Shown: positions 12,406 to 26,370, numbered from the stretch's first letter. The stretch: 64,000 nucleotides of DNA from Mobula hypostoma (GCF_963921235.1 NC_086097.1:117864001-117928000); one strand, 5' to 3'. The notes: a model not told the origin generated them from the sequence alone. Numbers and translations: made by a program.

Positions 12406-13914
12406 TGATTTAAGTCACTTTGACTGTAGAATGATTGTTGATGCTAGACAAGATGGCTTGAGTATCTCAGAAACTGCTGATCTCCTGAGATTTTCACTCA
12501 CAATTGTGCAAAAAACAACAAAAAGATATCTAGTGATAGACAATTCTGTGGTTGAAAATCTATTACAATGAGGAAAATGGCCAGACTAGTTTAAACAGAC
12601 AGGAAGGCAACAGTAAATTAAATAACTATGTGTTACAACAGTGGTGTACAAAAGAGCAGTTTTGAATGCACAAGGTGTTGAAACTTGGAATGGATGGGTT
12701 TGAGCAGCAGAAGACCACACTGGGTTCCAAGATGTATCTAATAAAGCGGCCACTTCTGAGAATTACTGAGAGAGCTGCATTACCAGGATTAGCACCTTTG
12801 AATGAGAAATCAACCAAGTACATACTTCATTAGCTGCAAGGCACTTTGGAATGTGTTAAAATCACTGATAAAATCATTACATAACCAAAGGCTTGGTTGC
12901 ACGTGGCTAAGTTAGTGAACTAGAAAACTATACAGTTGAACTATATGCTGGGTTTAAATCCCAGCAAGGCAGCTTAGAACTTAAACTTGGTCAATAAAGT
13001 GCATAAAGGAAACAAGATAACAATGTTAACCAAAAAAATTTAAACTATGGCTTATAAATTCAGCTAGATATCTATCATTTATGAGAGGTTGCTGTTCTTT
13101 ACAAATGAGCCCTCTATGTAGATTCTCAGCAAAGTAAAATAATTCAGTTTTATTTGCTTTACTTGTTCTCTAAAATGGCCCAGCAAGTCACTTAGTAACA
13201 ATTAGGATGGATATAAAATGCAGGCTTCCTCATCAACATATTTCATGAAAATAAAAGTTCAAGTATAATTATCATTCAACAATACATGAACATTGCCAAA
13301 TGAAACAGCGATCCTCTGGGGCCAAGATGCAAGCTAAGTGCACAAGGCACACTGCACATAACACATAGCACACATGGTTATGATATCAGATAAACATACA
13401 GCCGCAAAGAAAAAAGATATAGCTCAAGTCCCTGAGTGGCATGACTGTATATTGTCCTGGTCCAGCTTGTTCTTTCACTGAGTGAACACTTGAGAGCAGC
13501 ACTGAGCAAACAATGGAAGGCAGCACTGAGTAAACACTGAAGGGTAGCCCACCCCCCCACCCACCCAACATAGGTTATTTCAGATTGCCCGGAAGAGGCC
13601 CCTGCTCTCTCTAGTGGTTGACTGTAATGTTTATTGCCTTGGTTATATTTTTTCCACTGAGCTGCGTTTGGCCGATATTTTTTAGCCCTGAAGTAAATTT
13701 GTCAAAAGTTTTCCCTTTATCACTCAATGATTTTCTTTGTGTATTGATATCCCAGATACTTATATGTTTCATAACAATCCATCAGCTTTATTGGATCTTG
13801 CTGCTCTACTTTCATATTCTACTAGCTCTATTGCAACTTTCTGTATGTTCTGCACTTATCTAGTTCAAAGTTCATGTCTATATCTTTAAAAAATAGTTCT
13901 ACTATTTGAATTAA

Positions 13915-15125
13915 TTTCAAAGATGCATACATTAGGACGCTCTTTATTGACTATAGCTCAGCATTCAATACTATCATCCCCTTAGAACTAATCAATAAAC
14001 TCCAAGTTCTTGGCTTCAATACCTCCTTGTGCAATTGGATCCTGGATTTCCTCACTTAGAGACCCCAGTTAGTTCAGATTGACAACACCATCCCCTTCAC
14101 AATCTCCATCAGCACAGGTGCAGCACAAGGCTGTGTACTTAGCCCTCTGCTCTACTCACATTACACCTATGACTGTGTGGCTAAGCATAGTACCAAACCA
14201 TTTTCAAATTCGCTGATGACACCACTGTTGTGGGCCAAACCAAAGGAGTTGATGAATCAGCATAAAGGAAGGAGATTGAAAATTTGGCTGAGTGGTGTCA
14301 TAACAACAGCCTCTCACTCAATGTCACCGAGACCAAGGAGCTGATTATAGACTTCAGGAGAGGGAAACCAGAGGTCTATGAGCCAGTCCTCATCGGAGGA
14401 TTGGAGGTGAGGTGCGTTGGCAACTTTGTCCTATACTCAGCACGTAAGTACAATTGTGAAGAAAGCACAGCCGTGACTCTACTTCCTTTGGAGCCTGCAG
14501 AGATTTGGCATGACTTCTAAAACCATGACGAACTTCTATAATGTGTAGTGAAGAGTATATTGACTCGTTGCATCATGGCCTGGTATGAAAGTACCATTAC
14601 CTTTGAATGGAAAATTCTACAAAATGTAGTGGATATGGTCCGCTACATCATGGGTAAAGCTCTCCCAACCACTGAGCACATTTACCTGAAATAATGTTGC
14701 AGGAAAGCAGCATCCATCATCAGAGATCCCCACTACCCAGGCCATGCTCTTTTCTCGCTGCTGCCATCAGGGAGAAGGTACAAGGGCCTCTGGACTCACA
14801 CTACCAGGTTCAAGAACAGTTACAACACCTCAACCACAGGTTTTTGAACAAAAAGAGCTAACTACATTCATTTGCCCATCCATTGAGATGTTCTATCTTA
14901 CTTTATGGACTCTTTGTCTCATTATTTATTGCAATTTATTTATATTTGCATTTGCACAGTTTGTTGTCTTCTGCACTCCTGTTGATCTTTCATTAATCCT
15001 GTTAGAATTACGATTCAATAGATTTGCTGAATATTCCCACAGGAAAATGAATCTCAGGGCTGTATATGGTGACATACTGTATAGATGCATTGATAATAAA
15101 ATTTACTTTGAACTTTGAACTTTTG
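13915..15125 (+). mobile_element. Rex1-type LINE, RT to 3' end
   Basis: [11 protein letters not shown] and KFADDTT remnants; WCHNNSLSLNVTETKELIIDFR; (TTTGAAC)n tail. Confidence 0.85.
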
Positions 15126-15127
15126 AA

Positions 15128-16900
15128 GGAGTGTACAATTTCAAATTGTCCATGTATAGAAGGTGTGTCAAGGTATAACTTGTTTGGTTGCTTATGATTG
15201 AATACCATTTTTTATTTGATTCGATAAATTGGAAAGCAGATTTAAAGCTAGACAAAACCATAGTGGGCTTAGAGAGTCGCCCTGAAAAATGCCTCGGTTT
15301 ATTTGCTAACAGTGCTTGTTCTATTTTAGTTGTTAATAGATAGGGCGATTATAAAACGCCAATGCTTCATCAGATGTTGCAGGATTTTCACAAGTTTTGG
15401 GTGCAGTTTATACTTATGAACAACTTCTATTAACCATGAGTGTGGGAGAGAATCAAATACTTTTTGGTCTTCAATATCACAGCATGAAAAACTTTTACTT
15501 TTCCTCCAGGCTTGATTTAGAAATGCAGAATATATTATCAGTTGTTTTTTACATCCTTTACCCAAGTGGGTATCCAAATGAGTGGTGATTAGTTGCAAGA
15601 TGCAGTGGGTTACAATTTTATATATAGTTTGTGAACAAATAAAAAGGGCGATACTTTGTGATTTGTGAAAGTCATTTGTGAATTCTTCATTAGATAACAG
15701 GTTTGTTTTACTTTCCGTCAAAAATCTGGGCACTTCGTCAAGGTTTTTAAAAAAAGTTGTTGATATGCTTTAATAGATGCAAATGAAGGCAAGTAAAATG
15801 TTATACCAATAATTATGAATATTTGAATTGCCAGTACTTTTCCATGTCTTTGCATGTCTTCAACTGTGTTAGTGTGCTCTTTTCCCTCTGTAATCCAGCT
15901 TGCTTTTTGATTCAGTGTCACCCTTTTTGACCAGATATTAGACCATAAGACCATAAGACTATAAAACATAAGAGCAGAATTAGGCCATCTGGCCCATTGA
16001 GTCTGGCCCGCCATTCAATCATAGATGATCCTTTTTTCTCTCCTCCTCAAATCCCGGTCCCCGCCTTCGCCCCGTAACTTTTGATGCCATGTCCAATCAA
16101 GAACCAATCAATCTCTTCCTTAAATACACCCAACAACCTGGCCTCCACAGCTGCATGTGGCAACAAATTCCGCAAATTCACCACCCTTTGGCTAAAGAAA
16201 TTTTTCTGCATCTCTGTTTTGAAAGGGCACTCCTTTATCCTGAGACTGTGCCCCCTTGTCCCAAACTCTCCCACCATGGGAAACATCCTTGCCACATCTA
16301 CTCTGTTTAGGCCTTTCAACATTCGAATGGTTTCAATGAGATCCATCTCATTCTTCTGAATTCCAGCGAGTTCAGACCCAGATCCTTGAAACGTTCCTCG
16401 TATGATAACCTTTTAATTTCTAGAATCACCCTTATCAACCTCCTCTGAACCCTCTCCAATGCCAGCACATCTTTTCTAAGATGAGGAGCCCAAAACTGTT
16501 CACAGTACACAAGGTGAGGCTTCACCAGTGTCTTAAAGCCTCAGTGTCAGTCCTTGGTCTTGTATTTGTATGCGTTAAGTTTTTGTTTTTTTGTGTATCC
16601 TTAAACTCTACAATGCTTCTTTTAGGTTGGTTGTATCTTGTATGGACCTAACATTTCTTTAGTATTTCATTAGCTTTTCTTTTAACTTTCTTGATTGGGT
16701 TATCCATTTTATATTCCTTTAGACATACTATTTCTGCTCTTAACATTGCAATTTTGTTTCTTAATGCCTTCTGCCATGTCAGTGCTCTCATTTCATTACT
16801 CAGATTTGGGTTTCTTTTAAAGAATGCCTCTATTTTGGAGCCATTGCACTGTACTGCTCTTAAACTTATGCTCTCTAGTTCTTGATTGGGCAATCCTTGG
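15128..16900 (-). mobile_element. R4/Dong-type (RLE) non-LTR retrotransposon relic, split by a CR1
   Basis: Minus-strand motifs WQKALRNKIAMLRAEI, GCKKQLII, QKVFDSLPHSWLIEV, RGIFQGDSLSPLWFCLALN (~15235-15298) and HLLYMDNLKLY (~15132-15166). Confidence 0.75.
15936..16565 (-). mobile_element. CR1 3' fragment inserted in the R4/Dong relic
   Basis: ORFs 16316..16525 and 16047..16346 match the CR1 C-terminus; (TCTTATGG)n-type tail. Confidence 0.9.
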
Positions 16901-16919
16901 AAAGACTATGCATTCACAC

Positions 16920-19320
16920 AATTTTATAGCAGTTCTGCTGAGGAATGTAGCAAAGAGGACAACCTTGGAGTTCTCAAACAAGAAATCATGGTTGAACAGG
17001 GGGATTCGCTCTCAACTGAAATATGGGACTTCAGTGTTCAAATCAGGTGATCCTGACCTTTACAAGAAATTGAGATACTACGTCCACAAAGTTGTCAAGG
17101 ATGCTAAGAGATAATACGAGTCCAAAATGATATCAGTTGTGGCAGGGCTTACATGATATAATGGGCTAAAAAATGAATTTAGACATCATTGCTGAAAACT
17201 CTTCCCCTCTGCCGTCAGATTTCTGAATGGACATTGAACCATGAACACTACCTCACTACTTCTTTATTTCTGTCTTTGAATACATGTCTAAGTTAACTGT
17301 TATGTATATACATCTGTATGAGGCCTCCATCATTCAGAGTTGATCAGGGGTATTGCATCCTAGCTGTCTAGATACACAAGCCTGGTCAGCACAATATGGA
17401 GAGTGAGCTGTTGCCCATGTAGCAAGTTCCTCCTCTCCACGCGTCAGATGAAATCAAAGGAACAGCAGAGACCGATACAGTTTGGTACCAGAAACATTCC
17501 AGAAATACTTGTGATATGGATAACTTTTCTCAATAAATAAATGAATACGTATAATGTTTTTCATATTATTTATTTAAATGGGTTCACTTTATCTAATTTT
17601 AGCACTTACATGAAGATCTGATCACATTTTAGGTCATATTTATGCAGAAATAGAGAAAATTCTACCAAGTTCACGAACTTTCTAGCACCACTGTAGCCAT
17701 ATATACATATAACTATCTAACTATTTTATTTATATAAATATACACACACATTTTATATATATGTTACTGTAATTCATATTTTTCTCTATGATTATGTTTT
17801 TTCTGAAACAGTTGAATACATTTTTTTTACAATGGGAAGCATATGAAATTGAAAGAAAGCAAATGCATGTTGCACTACTCGCTTTGGGGTTGACACTTTT
17901 CATTTTAAAACTGTATGAAGTTATGGAAGTGATTTTAATTTAATTCACAATATTGTCTTTTATTATTTACAATCTATAGGGCTTTTTGGGTAATTTCATT
18001 TTCACTTGATAAAGAACTAGTGGGGGTTTTATCTCCCAACTCTGTGCACTATACTCTTGTCCAACTGATGACAGCCGTGCACCTTTAAGTTGGACAACCA
18101 ACTGCCATTAAAAGTTAGAAGAAGAAGAAGAAGAAGAAAAAGATTATTATGTACAATATTGCATTGAACTGCTACTGCAGAGACAACAAATTTCATGGCA
18201 TATGTTGGCAATATTGAACCTGATTCTGATTCTGATTATGAACAGTTTAACCCTTCCTGATGACATTAATGCTTTTGATAGGTGTCTTGAAAAGAAGGGG
18301 AATAGGAAGTCACTACACAATCTGGAAGCTTCCAATTCACCTGAACACACAGTCACCATTGCAGTTGGAAGATCAGTTTTCCAGAGACTAAACCCGAGGA
18401 AAGCATTTGATCCTTATGGTATCCCTGGCTTTGCCCTCAGACCCTGTGCAGATCAGCAGGCGGGGGTATTTGCAAACACTTTAAACCTCTCTCTGCTTCA
18501 ATCTATGCCTCTCACTTGCTTTAAGAAGGTCTTACCAGTACCTAAGAAAATCCAGATAACTTTCCTTCAAGACTCTGACATCCACCACCATGAAGTTCTT
18601 CGAGAGCCTTCTCATGGAATGCATTAGCCTCCCAGACAACCTCAACCTTTTGCAATTTGCATACTTCCAGAACAGGTCACAGCAGATTCTATCTCATTTT
18701 GGCCCTTTGTTCATCTCTGGAGCATCTGGACATTAAAGACACTTACTTTCGGTTATTGTTGAATGACCACTGCTCAACCTTCCCTACTATAATTCCAAGC
18801 AAACTCATCTACAAGCTCTTTGACCTGGGAATCAACACATCTATTTTCATCTTCAACTTCCTGACCAGCTGATCAGAGTCAGTAAGGATAGGCAGCAACA
18901 TCTCCGCCCCACAATTATTCTCAACACTGATGCTCTACGAGGCTGTGTACTCAGCTTAAATTTCCTTGTGGATATTTGGCATATCCTCATTGTCCCTTAC
19001 TAACTTCTATTGATGCATCCTAAAAAGCATCCTATCTGGATACATCATAGCTTGGCAAGCCAATTGGTCTACCTGTAACCTCAAGGAACCCCAGAGATTT
19101 GTGGACACAGTTCAAAACATCACAGAAGCCAGTCTTTCTTCTATCGACGCTGTTTACACTTCTCACTCCCTAGGTAAAGCAGCCAGCATAATGAAACACC
19201 TTGCCCACCCTGGACATTCTCTGTTCTTCCCTTTCCCATTGACCAGAAGATACAAAAGCAAGAAAGCACATACTATCAGGCTCCAGTACACTTTCTATCC
19301 TGCTGTTATAAGACTATTGG
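16920..19320 (+). mobile_element. Fragmented Rex1-type LINE with several small nested repeats
   Basis: FSNKKSWLN..FKSGDPDLYK (16824..17114), LNPRKAFDPYGIPG (18202..18627) and C-terminal remnant (19101..19328); a Tc1-like end (CACCACTGTA) near 17690 and a (GAA)n tract near 18117-18138 lie between them. Confidence 0.65.
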
Positions 19321-19954
19321 TTGTTTAAATTCATTGGGACGGTTTTGGGTACAGTGAGGTCAGGTTAGAGTTTAGGGACAGGGATGTTGGAGGGAGCATT
19401 AGAGCTCAGGCCAGACCCTAGTCCTTTCTCCACGCTCTGCATTCAAAGTCCAGCAATGTGCGTGGGTGGTGAAGGACATCCAGAGTCTAGGCCTCCTAGA
19501 AGATTGCAGTACATTATCTGCCACAAACAAAGCCATGCTAACTATCCCTATCAACCCCTGTCTTTCCAGGTTCATGTGTATTGTATCCCTCTGAATCCTC
19601 TTCAGTAACATACCTACCACAGATGTTACACTTACTGTGCTATATTACCCAGGTTTTTCATTGCTGCCCTTCTTAAATGAAGACATGACATTTGCTACCA
19701 TTCAGTATACTGGCACTTTATCCTGTCAGTGTTCTTACAATTTATTCTGGAGCCTTCCACAGTCTTCTTGAATTAACCTGGTCACATCTGCAGATATGTC
19801 TACTTTCATACCTTTTTGGACAAACAGTAATACTTCTGCTGTAATGCAGACAATCCCAAAGACCTCTGATATACTTTCTTGAGTAGACACCTGCATTTCC
19901 TTTAACCCCTCAGGAAATGATCTCCGCTATTGGTACCTGACCCTTGCCTTTTTC

Positions 19955-20480
19955 TTAAAGTTTAAGAGAGAAAGGGCTTTTACGTAGAGAGTGGTAGGTG
20001 ACTGGGGTGCTCTGCCCGGTGTGGTGGTAGAGGGTGATACAGTACAGACATTTAAGAGACTCTTCAATTGGAACATGGATGTAAGAAAACTGGAGGGTTC
20101 TGGACTGTGTAGAAGGGAACAGTTAAATTGATCATGGAACATGCTTATAAAGGCCAGCATAACTTCACAGGACAAAGGGCCCATACCGTGTTGAAATGTT
20201 CTACATTTTATGTTCTCTTTCATGGTCAGGACCTCAACATCCTTCATTGTCCAGTATTCCCTTGTCTTAACAGCATGTTCTTCATTCCGACAGGAACATT
20301 TAATCTTCACCTCTCACCTTCCACTTAACTGTGGTCTTTTTGCTCACAAACAATCTCCTCCAATCAGCTTTTGCAAGCTTCTGTCTCATACCATCAAAAT
20401 TCACCTTGACCCAATTCAGACCTTCAACCCTTGGACAAGTTCTGTCCCTTTCCATTACTATTTTAAAGCTAATAGAATTA
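19955..20480. mobile_element. Two old CR1 fragments in opposite orientations
   Basis: Plus-strand 3' end at 19955-20215; minus-strand ISFKIVMERDR..LNWVKVNFDGMRQKL (20300..20512). Confidence 0.65.
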
Positions 20481-21149
20481 TTGGTTACTAATATCAGATA
20501 GATTCTGCGCATTATACTTTCAGAAAAAATCTAAGGGAATGGGTTAGGATTCACTGTAGCCAGGACAGATGGATATTCGGATTACCTGGAAGTGCTGCTA
20601 AATTTCAGATTTCCACTTCCCTTCCGAATCACATTGAAAGCTTTCCAGTTACCTTCATCTGGAATGACAGTTTTTAAATGAGGACAAAGAAGAAATCAAG
20701 GGAAGTTATTAATATGATTTATGCTTCTCATAGAAACAATAATAATCTTCAGTTTGCTGGATTGGAAAATTTGCAATAGCTTTAGATGATCAAATGTAAT
20801 TAAAGCGGAGATCACCTCTGTTGCAGGAAGACAATAATCAAAGCATTTTAATCATAATGTATCACTGGTTGGTTGTGGAGGTTGGATCTTGAAGGAAATC
20901 TGGATGTCCTTGAATAGATCAGAGATTAGGTGGTAGGGGATGGGGAATGAGGCTGCAGATTGGCAACTGGTGGAGGAAAGAGGAAGTGAGTCAGAGGATG
21001 TTGAAAGACTATGGTACAAGATTATTGGCAGATAATGGAGAAAAAATAAGCTTGAGGGACCAGGAAGAACCTCTCAGCCCTGAATATGCCTCGGGTTCTT
21101 GTATCTGGCAGGCCAGAAATGGAGCAGACATAAGATCCCGAAGGAAATG

Positions 21150-22560
21150 AGTATACAGTTGATGTTTCAGGCTGAGACCATTCTTTAGGATGGAAATAGA
21201 AGGGAGAAGGTGCCAGAATAAAAGAGTGGAGGAGGGGAAAGAAGCTAGCTAGAAAGCGATAGGTGAAGCCAAGTTGGTGGAAAAGGTAATGGGCTGGAGA
21301 AGAAGGATAAGGGAATTAAATGCAGCATCTCCAAGTTTGTGGATGACACGAAGCTGGGCGGCAGTGTTAGCTGTGAGGAGGATGCTAAGAGGATGCAGGG
21401 TGACTTGGATAGGTTGGGTGAGTGGGCAAATTCATGGCAGGTGCAATTTAATGTGGATAAATGTGAAGTTATCCACTTTGGTGGCAAAAGCAGGAAAACA
21501 GATTATTATCTGAATGGTGGCCGATTAGGAAAAGGGGAGGTGCAACGAGACCTGGGTGTCATTATACACCAGTCATTGAAAGTGGGCATGCAGGTACAGC
21601 AGGCGGTGAAAAAGGCGAATGGTATGCTGGCATTCATAGCAAGAGGATTTGAGTACAGGAGCAGGGAGGTACTACTGCAGTTGTACAAGGCCTTGGTGAG
21701 ACAACACCTGGAGTATTGTGTGCAGTTTTGGTCCCCTAATCTGAGGAAAGTCATCTTTGCCATAGAGGGAGTACAAAGAAGGTTCACCAGATTGATTCCT
21801 GGGATGGCAGGACTTTCATATGAAGAAAGACTGGATGGACTAGGCTTGTACTCGTTGGAATTTAGAAGATTGAGGGGGGATCTGATTGAAACGTATAAAA
21901 TCCTAAAGGGATTGGACAGGCTAGATGCAGGAAGATTGTTCCCGATGTTGGGGAAGTCCAGAACGAGGGGTCACAGTTTGAGGATGAAGGGCGAAGCCTT
22001 TTAGGACTGAGATTAGGAAAAACTTCTTCACACAGAGAGTGGTGAATCTGTGGAATTCTTTGCCACAGGAAACAGTTGAGGCCAGTTCATTGGCTATATT
22101 TAAGAGGGAGTTAGATATGGCCCTTGTGGCTATCGGGATCAGAGGGTATGGAGAGAAGGCTGGTGCAGGGTTCTGAGTTGGATGATCAGCCATGATCATA
22201 ATAAATGGCGGTGCAGGCTCGAAGGGCCGAATGGCCTACTCCTGCACCTCTGTTCTCTGTTTTTTCTTTGAATCTGATGGGAGAGGAGAGTGGGCCATAG
22301 GAGCAGGGGAAGAAGGGGATCCGGGGCACTGATAGGCTGGTGAGAAGAGGCAAAAGGTCAGAGTGGGGAATAGAAGAACAGGGGAGGGGAGGGGGAAGGG
22401 GAAAATTATCAGAAGGAGAAATCAATACTCGTGTCATTAGGTTGGAGGCTACCCAGATGGAATATGAGGTGTTGCTTTTCCACCTTGTGGGTAGCCTCGT
22501 CTTAGCACAAGAAGAGGCCATGAAACAACATATCAGAACAGGAATGGGAATTGGAATTAA
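21150..22560 (-). mobile_element. Penelope-like element fragment interrupted by a CR1
   Basis: Purine-rich terminal-repeat sequence like 40740-41170 on both sides of the CR1; degenerate hammerhead-like motif at about 21157-21190. Confidence 0.65.
21311..22260 (+). mobile_element. CR1 LINE, 5'-truncated
   Basis: ORF 21339..22004 is nearly identical to the 2090-3521 copy; frameshift near 21990. Confidence 0.95.
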
Positions 22561-24171
22561 TCAGCTAGAAAAGGTTCCTCCATTTGGCATGTAACACACT
22601 CTGCCATAAAAAGTGCCCTAAAGAGACAGAAAGATAACTTTCAGAGCTTTGACTCTAACACCATGAATCTCTTACAATATCAGTGATGGCAGCTGTCAGG
22701 ATGTCAGTATTCAACCCAATTTTCTTATTAATGTAAAATGCAGTCTTTTCTTAATATTCTCAATCTCATTTCATGCCTCACTCTAAATTATTCCCTCAGT
22801 AGCTAAATGATAGTCAAATCACATTAATCAACACTGAACAGTACAACACAGGGACAGGCTCTTTGGCCTACGGTTGAATGTTCATTAATTGTGCTGTCCT
22901 ATAAAGTCATATCTTGTATTCATCATACTGTTTCAGGAAGCATCGTTGTTCTTTGCAGTTGAAAGGTCAACAACTTTATTAACATCATTAATTGCAAGAG
23001 GCAGCGTACTTTAGTGTAATACCATACTTGTCCTTGATCAGAAGCTTTAAATGTGGTCTTGTAAAACTGTGCAGTTGAAATGCTGAAATACTAACAGTGA
23101 GGGTTAAATTTTTCTCAGTTTTGGATTTTGCTCAGTGTTGTATTATCCGTGAAGCTAAATGTGATGGCCTTCAGCCATCTAAGATATTGTAGTTATCAAA
23201 GAATATTACTATACCCAATCCCGTAACAACTGGAAACACAGCATTAGGTTTAAAACACAAATTGGATTTTTCTGTTTTTGTTCCTAGTGGGATTGGACTG
23301 GCTGGACATTGAATGTATAGCTTAATATCATGTGAGGTGATATATACACCCATGAGGAAGGTTCTCTGGCTTAACATTCAGTAAATTAATGGATGGCAGA
23401 TTAAGCAGGCTCCAATAAAGTCTATTTTCCTCCCAGCTAACTTTTCCTCTATTCACCACATCGTGACAGTCCTGGGATTTTATATCCACTTACCTATCTG
23501 GACAAGTAAAAAGCATCAACAATTGTTCTGGGCATGAAAGAGCTCATGTAGCTCTATCTGTGCATTTTTTAACAAAAGAGTCATTTCCATGAAACCTGTC
23601 AATTCTCTGAAAGATGCCTGCAGTCAAATACATGATCATGGTGCATGTGTTCTGCCAATTGTTCTTCAGTCACACATCAACACTTCTATTTCAGAGTGCC
23701 CAGAATATAGCAGAGATTGAAAAATTTGTTTTTTTTACAGAGACTACAAATGTACTCGTTGTTAGCCAGATTTGACACAGTCAAAAACATACGTCTACTG
23801 AAAGCATTTGTTGTAAAAGTTTGCCAAAATAAGACTGATAGAATTTTGTGGTAGTAATTGATTATTTTCTAAAGACTGAAATCTAACTGAAATAGGCTAT
23901 GAAAACACAATTTGTCAAGAGAATTCTGGAATTAATCTTTAAGCTCCCTTTTCTCGGAATATTCCCAAAGTTTTCTGCACTCAACTGGAAACTGCTAGAG
24001 GATATAGGAGACAAAGGGGATTACAGAACAAAATGGATTAGCACCAATAAATTTTAATAATGCTTTATGTTAATAAATCATCTTGTTCTTGGTAGCTATT
24101 TCTAAATTGTTGAATTTATCTTTTTCAACAAATTACCTACTTTGTTTACACTTGCTCAATATTGACTTTAA

Positions 24172-24376
24172 CCGGCCAATGTAGTGGCATCAGCACCAGA
24201 CTTCAAGGCGAACGGTCCCAAATTCAGAACAGTTTAGCTCCTTGCTCACTTTCCATCCGTGCTGGGTTGAGTGTCAAGCTAGAAACTCAGGCTAGCAAAA
24301 AACAGGCAAACGCTATGGGAACAGCAAGAATACCACCCATTGCACCACAAGGAGTGAAAAGGAACAACAACAACAA
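24172..24376 (+). mobile_element. tRNA-derived SINE with (AAC)n tail
   Basis: Decayed tRNA-like head; core GGGTTGAGTGTCAAGCTAGAAACTC shared with the 37574-37865 SINE. Confidence 0.6.
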
Positions 24377-24435
24377 TATTGACTTTACATTAAAACTATG
24401 TGATTAGAGGTAACATTATTTGCATAGAAAATATA

Positions 24436-25294
24436 CACTCAGTGGTCATTTTACAAGGATGACTCCGGGAATGAAGGGATTAACATACAGGGAGCATTTG
24501 GCAGCTTTAGGTCTGTACTCTCTGGAATCTAGAAGCATGCAGCAGAATCTCATTCTTTTAGCCAGAGAAGAGTGAATCTGTGGAGTGCTCTGCTAGAGAC
24601 TGCGGTCAAGGCCAAGTCCATGGGTATATTTAAGGCAGAAGTTGATCGTTTCCTGATCGGGCAGGGCATCAAAGGATATGGTGAGAAGGCAGATGTATGA
24701 GGTTGAGTAGGATCCAGGGATCAGACTTGATGGGCTGAATGGCCTGATTATACTCCTACATCTTATGGTCTTTATTAGGTATCTCCTGTACCTAATTAAG
24801 TGGATATGTAGTGTATATTTATGGTCTTCTGTTACTACCACTCATCAACTTCAAGTTTCAAATGTTGTGTGTTCAGAGATGCTCTTCTGCACATCATTGT
24901 TGTTTGTGGTTATTTGACCAGTCTGGCTAATTTCCTCTGATGTTTCTCATTAACACGGCATTTTTGCACTCAGAACTACCACTCACTAGTTTTTTTTTTG
25001 TTTTTCACAATATTCTCTGTAAACTGCAGAGACTGTTCTGCATGAAAACACCAAGACATCAGCATTTTTTGAAACATTCAAACCACACCATCTGGCACCG
25101 ACAATCATTCTATGGTCAAATCACTTAGATCACATTTCTTCCCCATTCTGATGTTCAGTCTGAACAACAACTAAACCTCTTTGACCATGTCTGCATGATT
25201 TTGGGCATTGAATTCCTGCCTAACAGTTGGCTGATTAGATATCTGCAATAATGAGCAGGTGTACAGGTGTGCCTATTAAGTTGAACACTGAGTG
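24436..25294 (-). mobile_element. Internally deleted Tc1 element with TA TSD; CR1 fragment inserted near the left TIR (about 24452-24770)
   Basis: TA|CACTCAGTGG ... CACTGAGTG|TA. Confidence 0.85.
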
Positions 25295-25984
25295 TAAGTG
25301 TCAACTTTGTAAAAAGAAAAATATTTTATGGAATACATGTGTTCATATGAATGGTGTAATTGCTTACAATATTTATTGAGTATCATCTAAAACACTTCAT
25401 GAAGTGAGAATCTAAGGCATAAAAAGCATACTTGACTCAAGGCAAATATTTCATTACATGTTTTATAAATTAATGGCTGAATTTTGTCAGTCATTCCTTC
25501 AGCAATAAATAAGTACTGCAGTTTTGAACTAGTAATGGCAAAGAGGTCTATTTTTGTAAGAATTAATTTTCAGAAGCTTTTTTCCTCAGAGATATGTTTT
25601 TCTGCTTGAGTGGTATTTTGATAGTTTGCATCAACACAGGGCCATGTTACTTTCAATTCTATTAATTGACTGCAAGCTGAGCAGGTTCTGTTAAAGATGG
25701 GCAGTTCTTTCCATCAGACTACCTCTTAAATAGTGGGGATTACTTTCTCTTTGCTAATGATTCATCATTGACAAAGAATCTTAATTAATTAGTTTCCTGG
25801 ATCATTAATTTATGGCACAGCATTAAGGACAACATTGGCTTTGAGATGGAGAGTAGTGACTTGGTGAACTATTGTTTCAAAGACTAGTTAGTTTACAGTA
25901 ATGTTCCTTACAGGATGGCATCAACATGATTACTCCTTTGTTAGTTACTAATTAACTGAACTTGAGGAGATAAGGTGTAATAGT

Positions 25985-26370
25985 GCGATCACTCGAGTCA
26001 AGTATGATGTTCTCCTAAAGGGTTATTCCCTTAATGGAGAAGAACTGTGTGTGACTTTGTTTAAAGTGGAGAGGTTGATGCACAGGCAGCCAACACGTGG
26101 TCCTTTTCAGATTGGGGTCAGGGGCATGGAATGCAAGATGGGGACAGAGGACCCCTCATTGCTGAAGCCTTCCTCTGCCTTTGCTGCCACTGTGAACGTT
26201 GGTTATCTTCCACCAGCTCCGCTGTTGAGGTCCTGTTTGGTTTGCTCCGTGCCTGCAACATCCTCCTTTACCTTGCCACCATGGGTGACCCTACCAGCAG
26301 CTAAGCACCAGCTGACATCGCTCGCAGGAACTCACAAGCCTCTCCAACATGACAAGGTGACAGTCCTTCA
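25985..26370 (-). mobile_element. Non-autonomous RTE-like element
   Basis: Minus-strand 5' end CACCTTGTCATGTTGGAGAGGCTTGTG resembles RTE/Expander 5' termini. Confidence 0.45.

Larger units (their letters stand above)
10445..12754 (+). mobile_element. Internally deleted Tc1/mariner element interrupted by a ~1.8-kb nested block (about 10585-12405)
   Basis: TIR-like ends (CTCAGTGACCATTATATTAGG ... CTAATAAAGCGGCCACT); the two halves match the other Tc1 copies in the window. Confidence 0.75.

Noticed and set aside
13477..13548. ~24-bp imperfect triplication (GCAGCACTGAG..AACA)
   Set aside because: Short degenerate tandem repeat with no sign of function.
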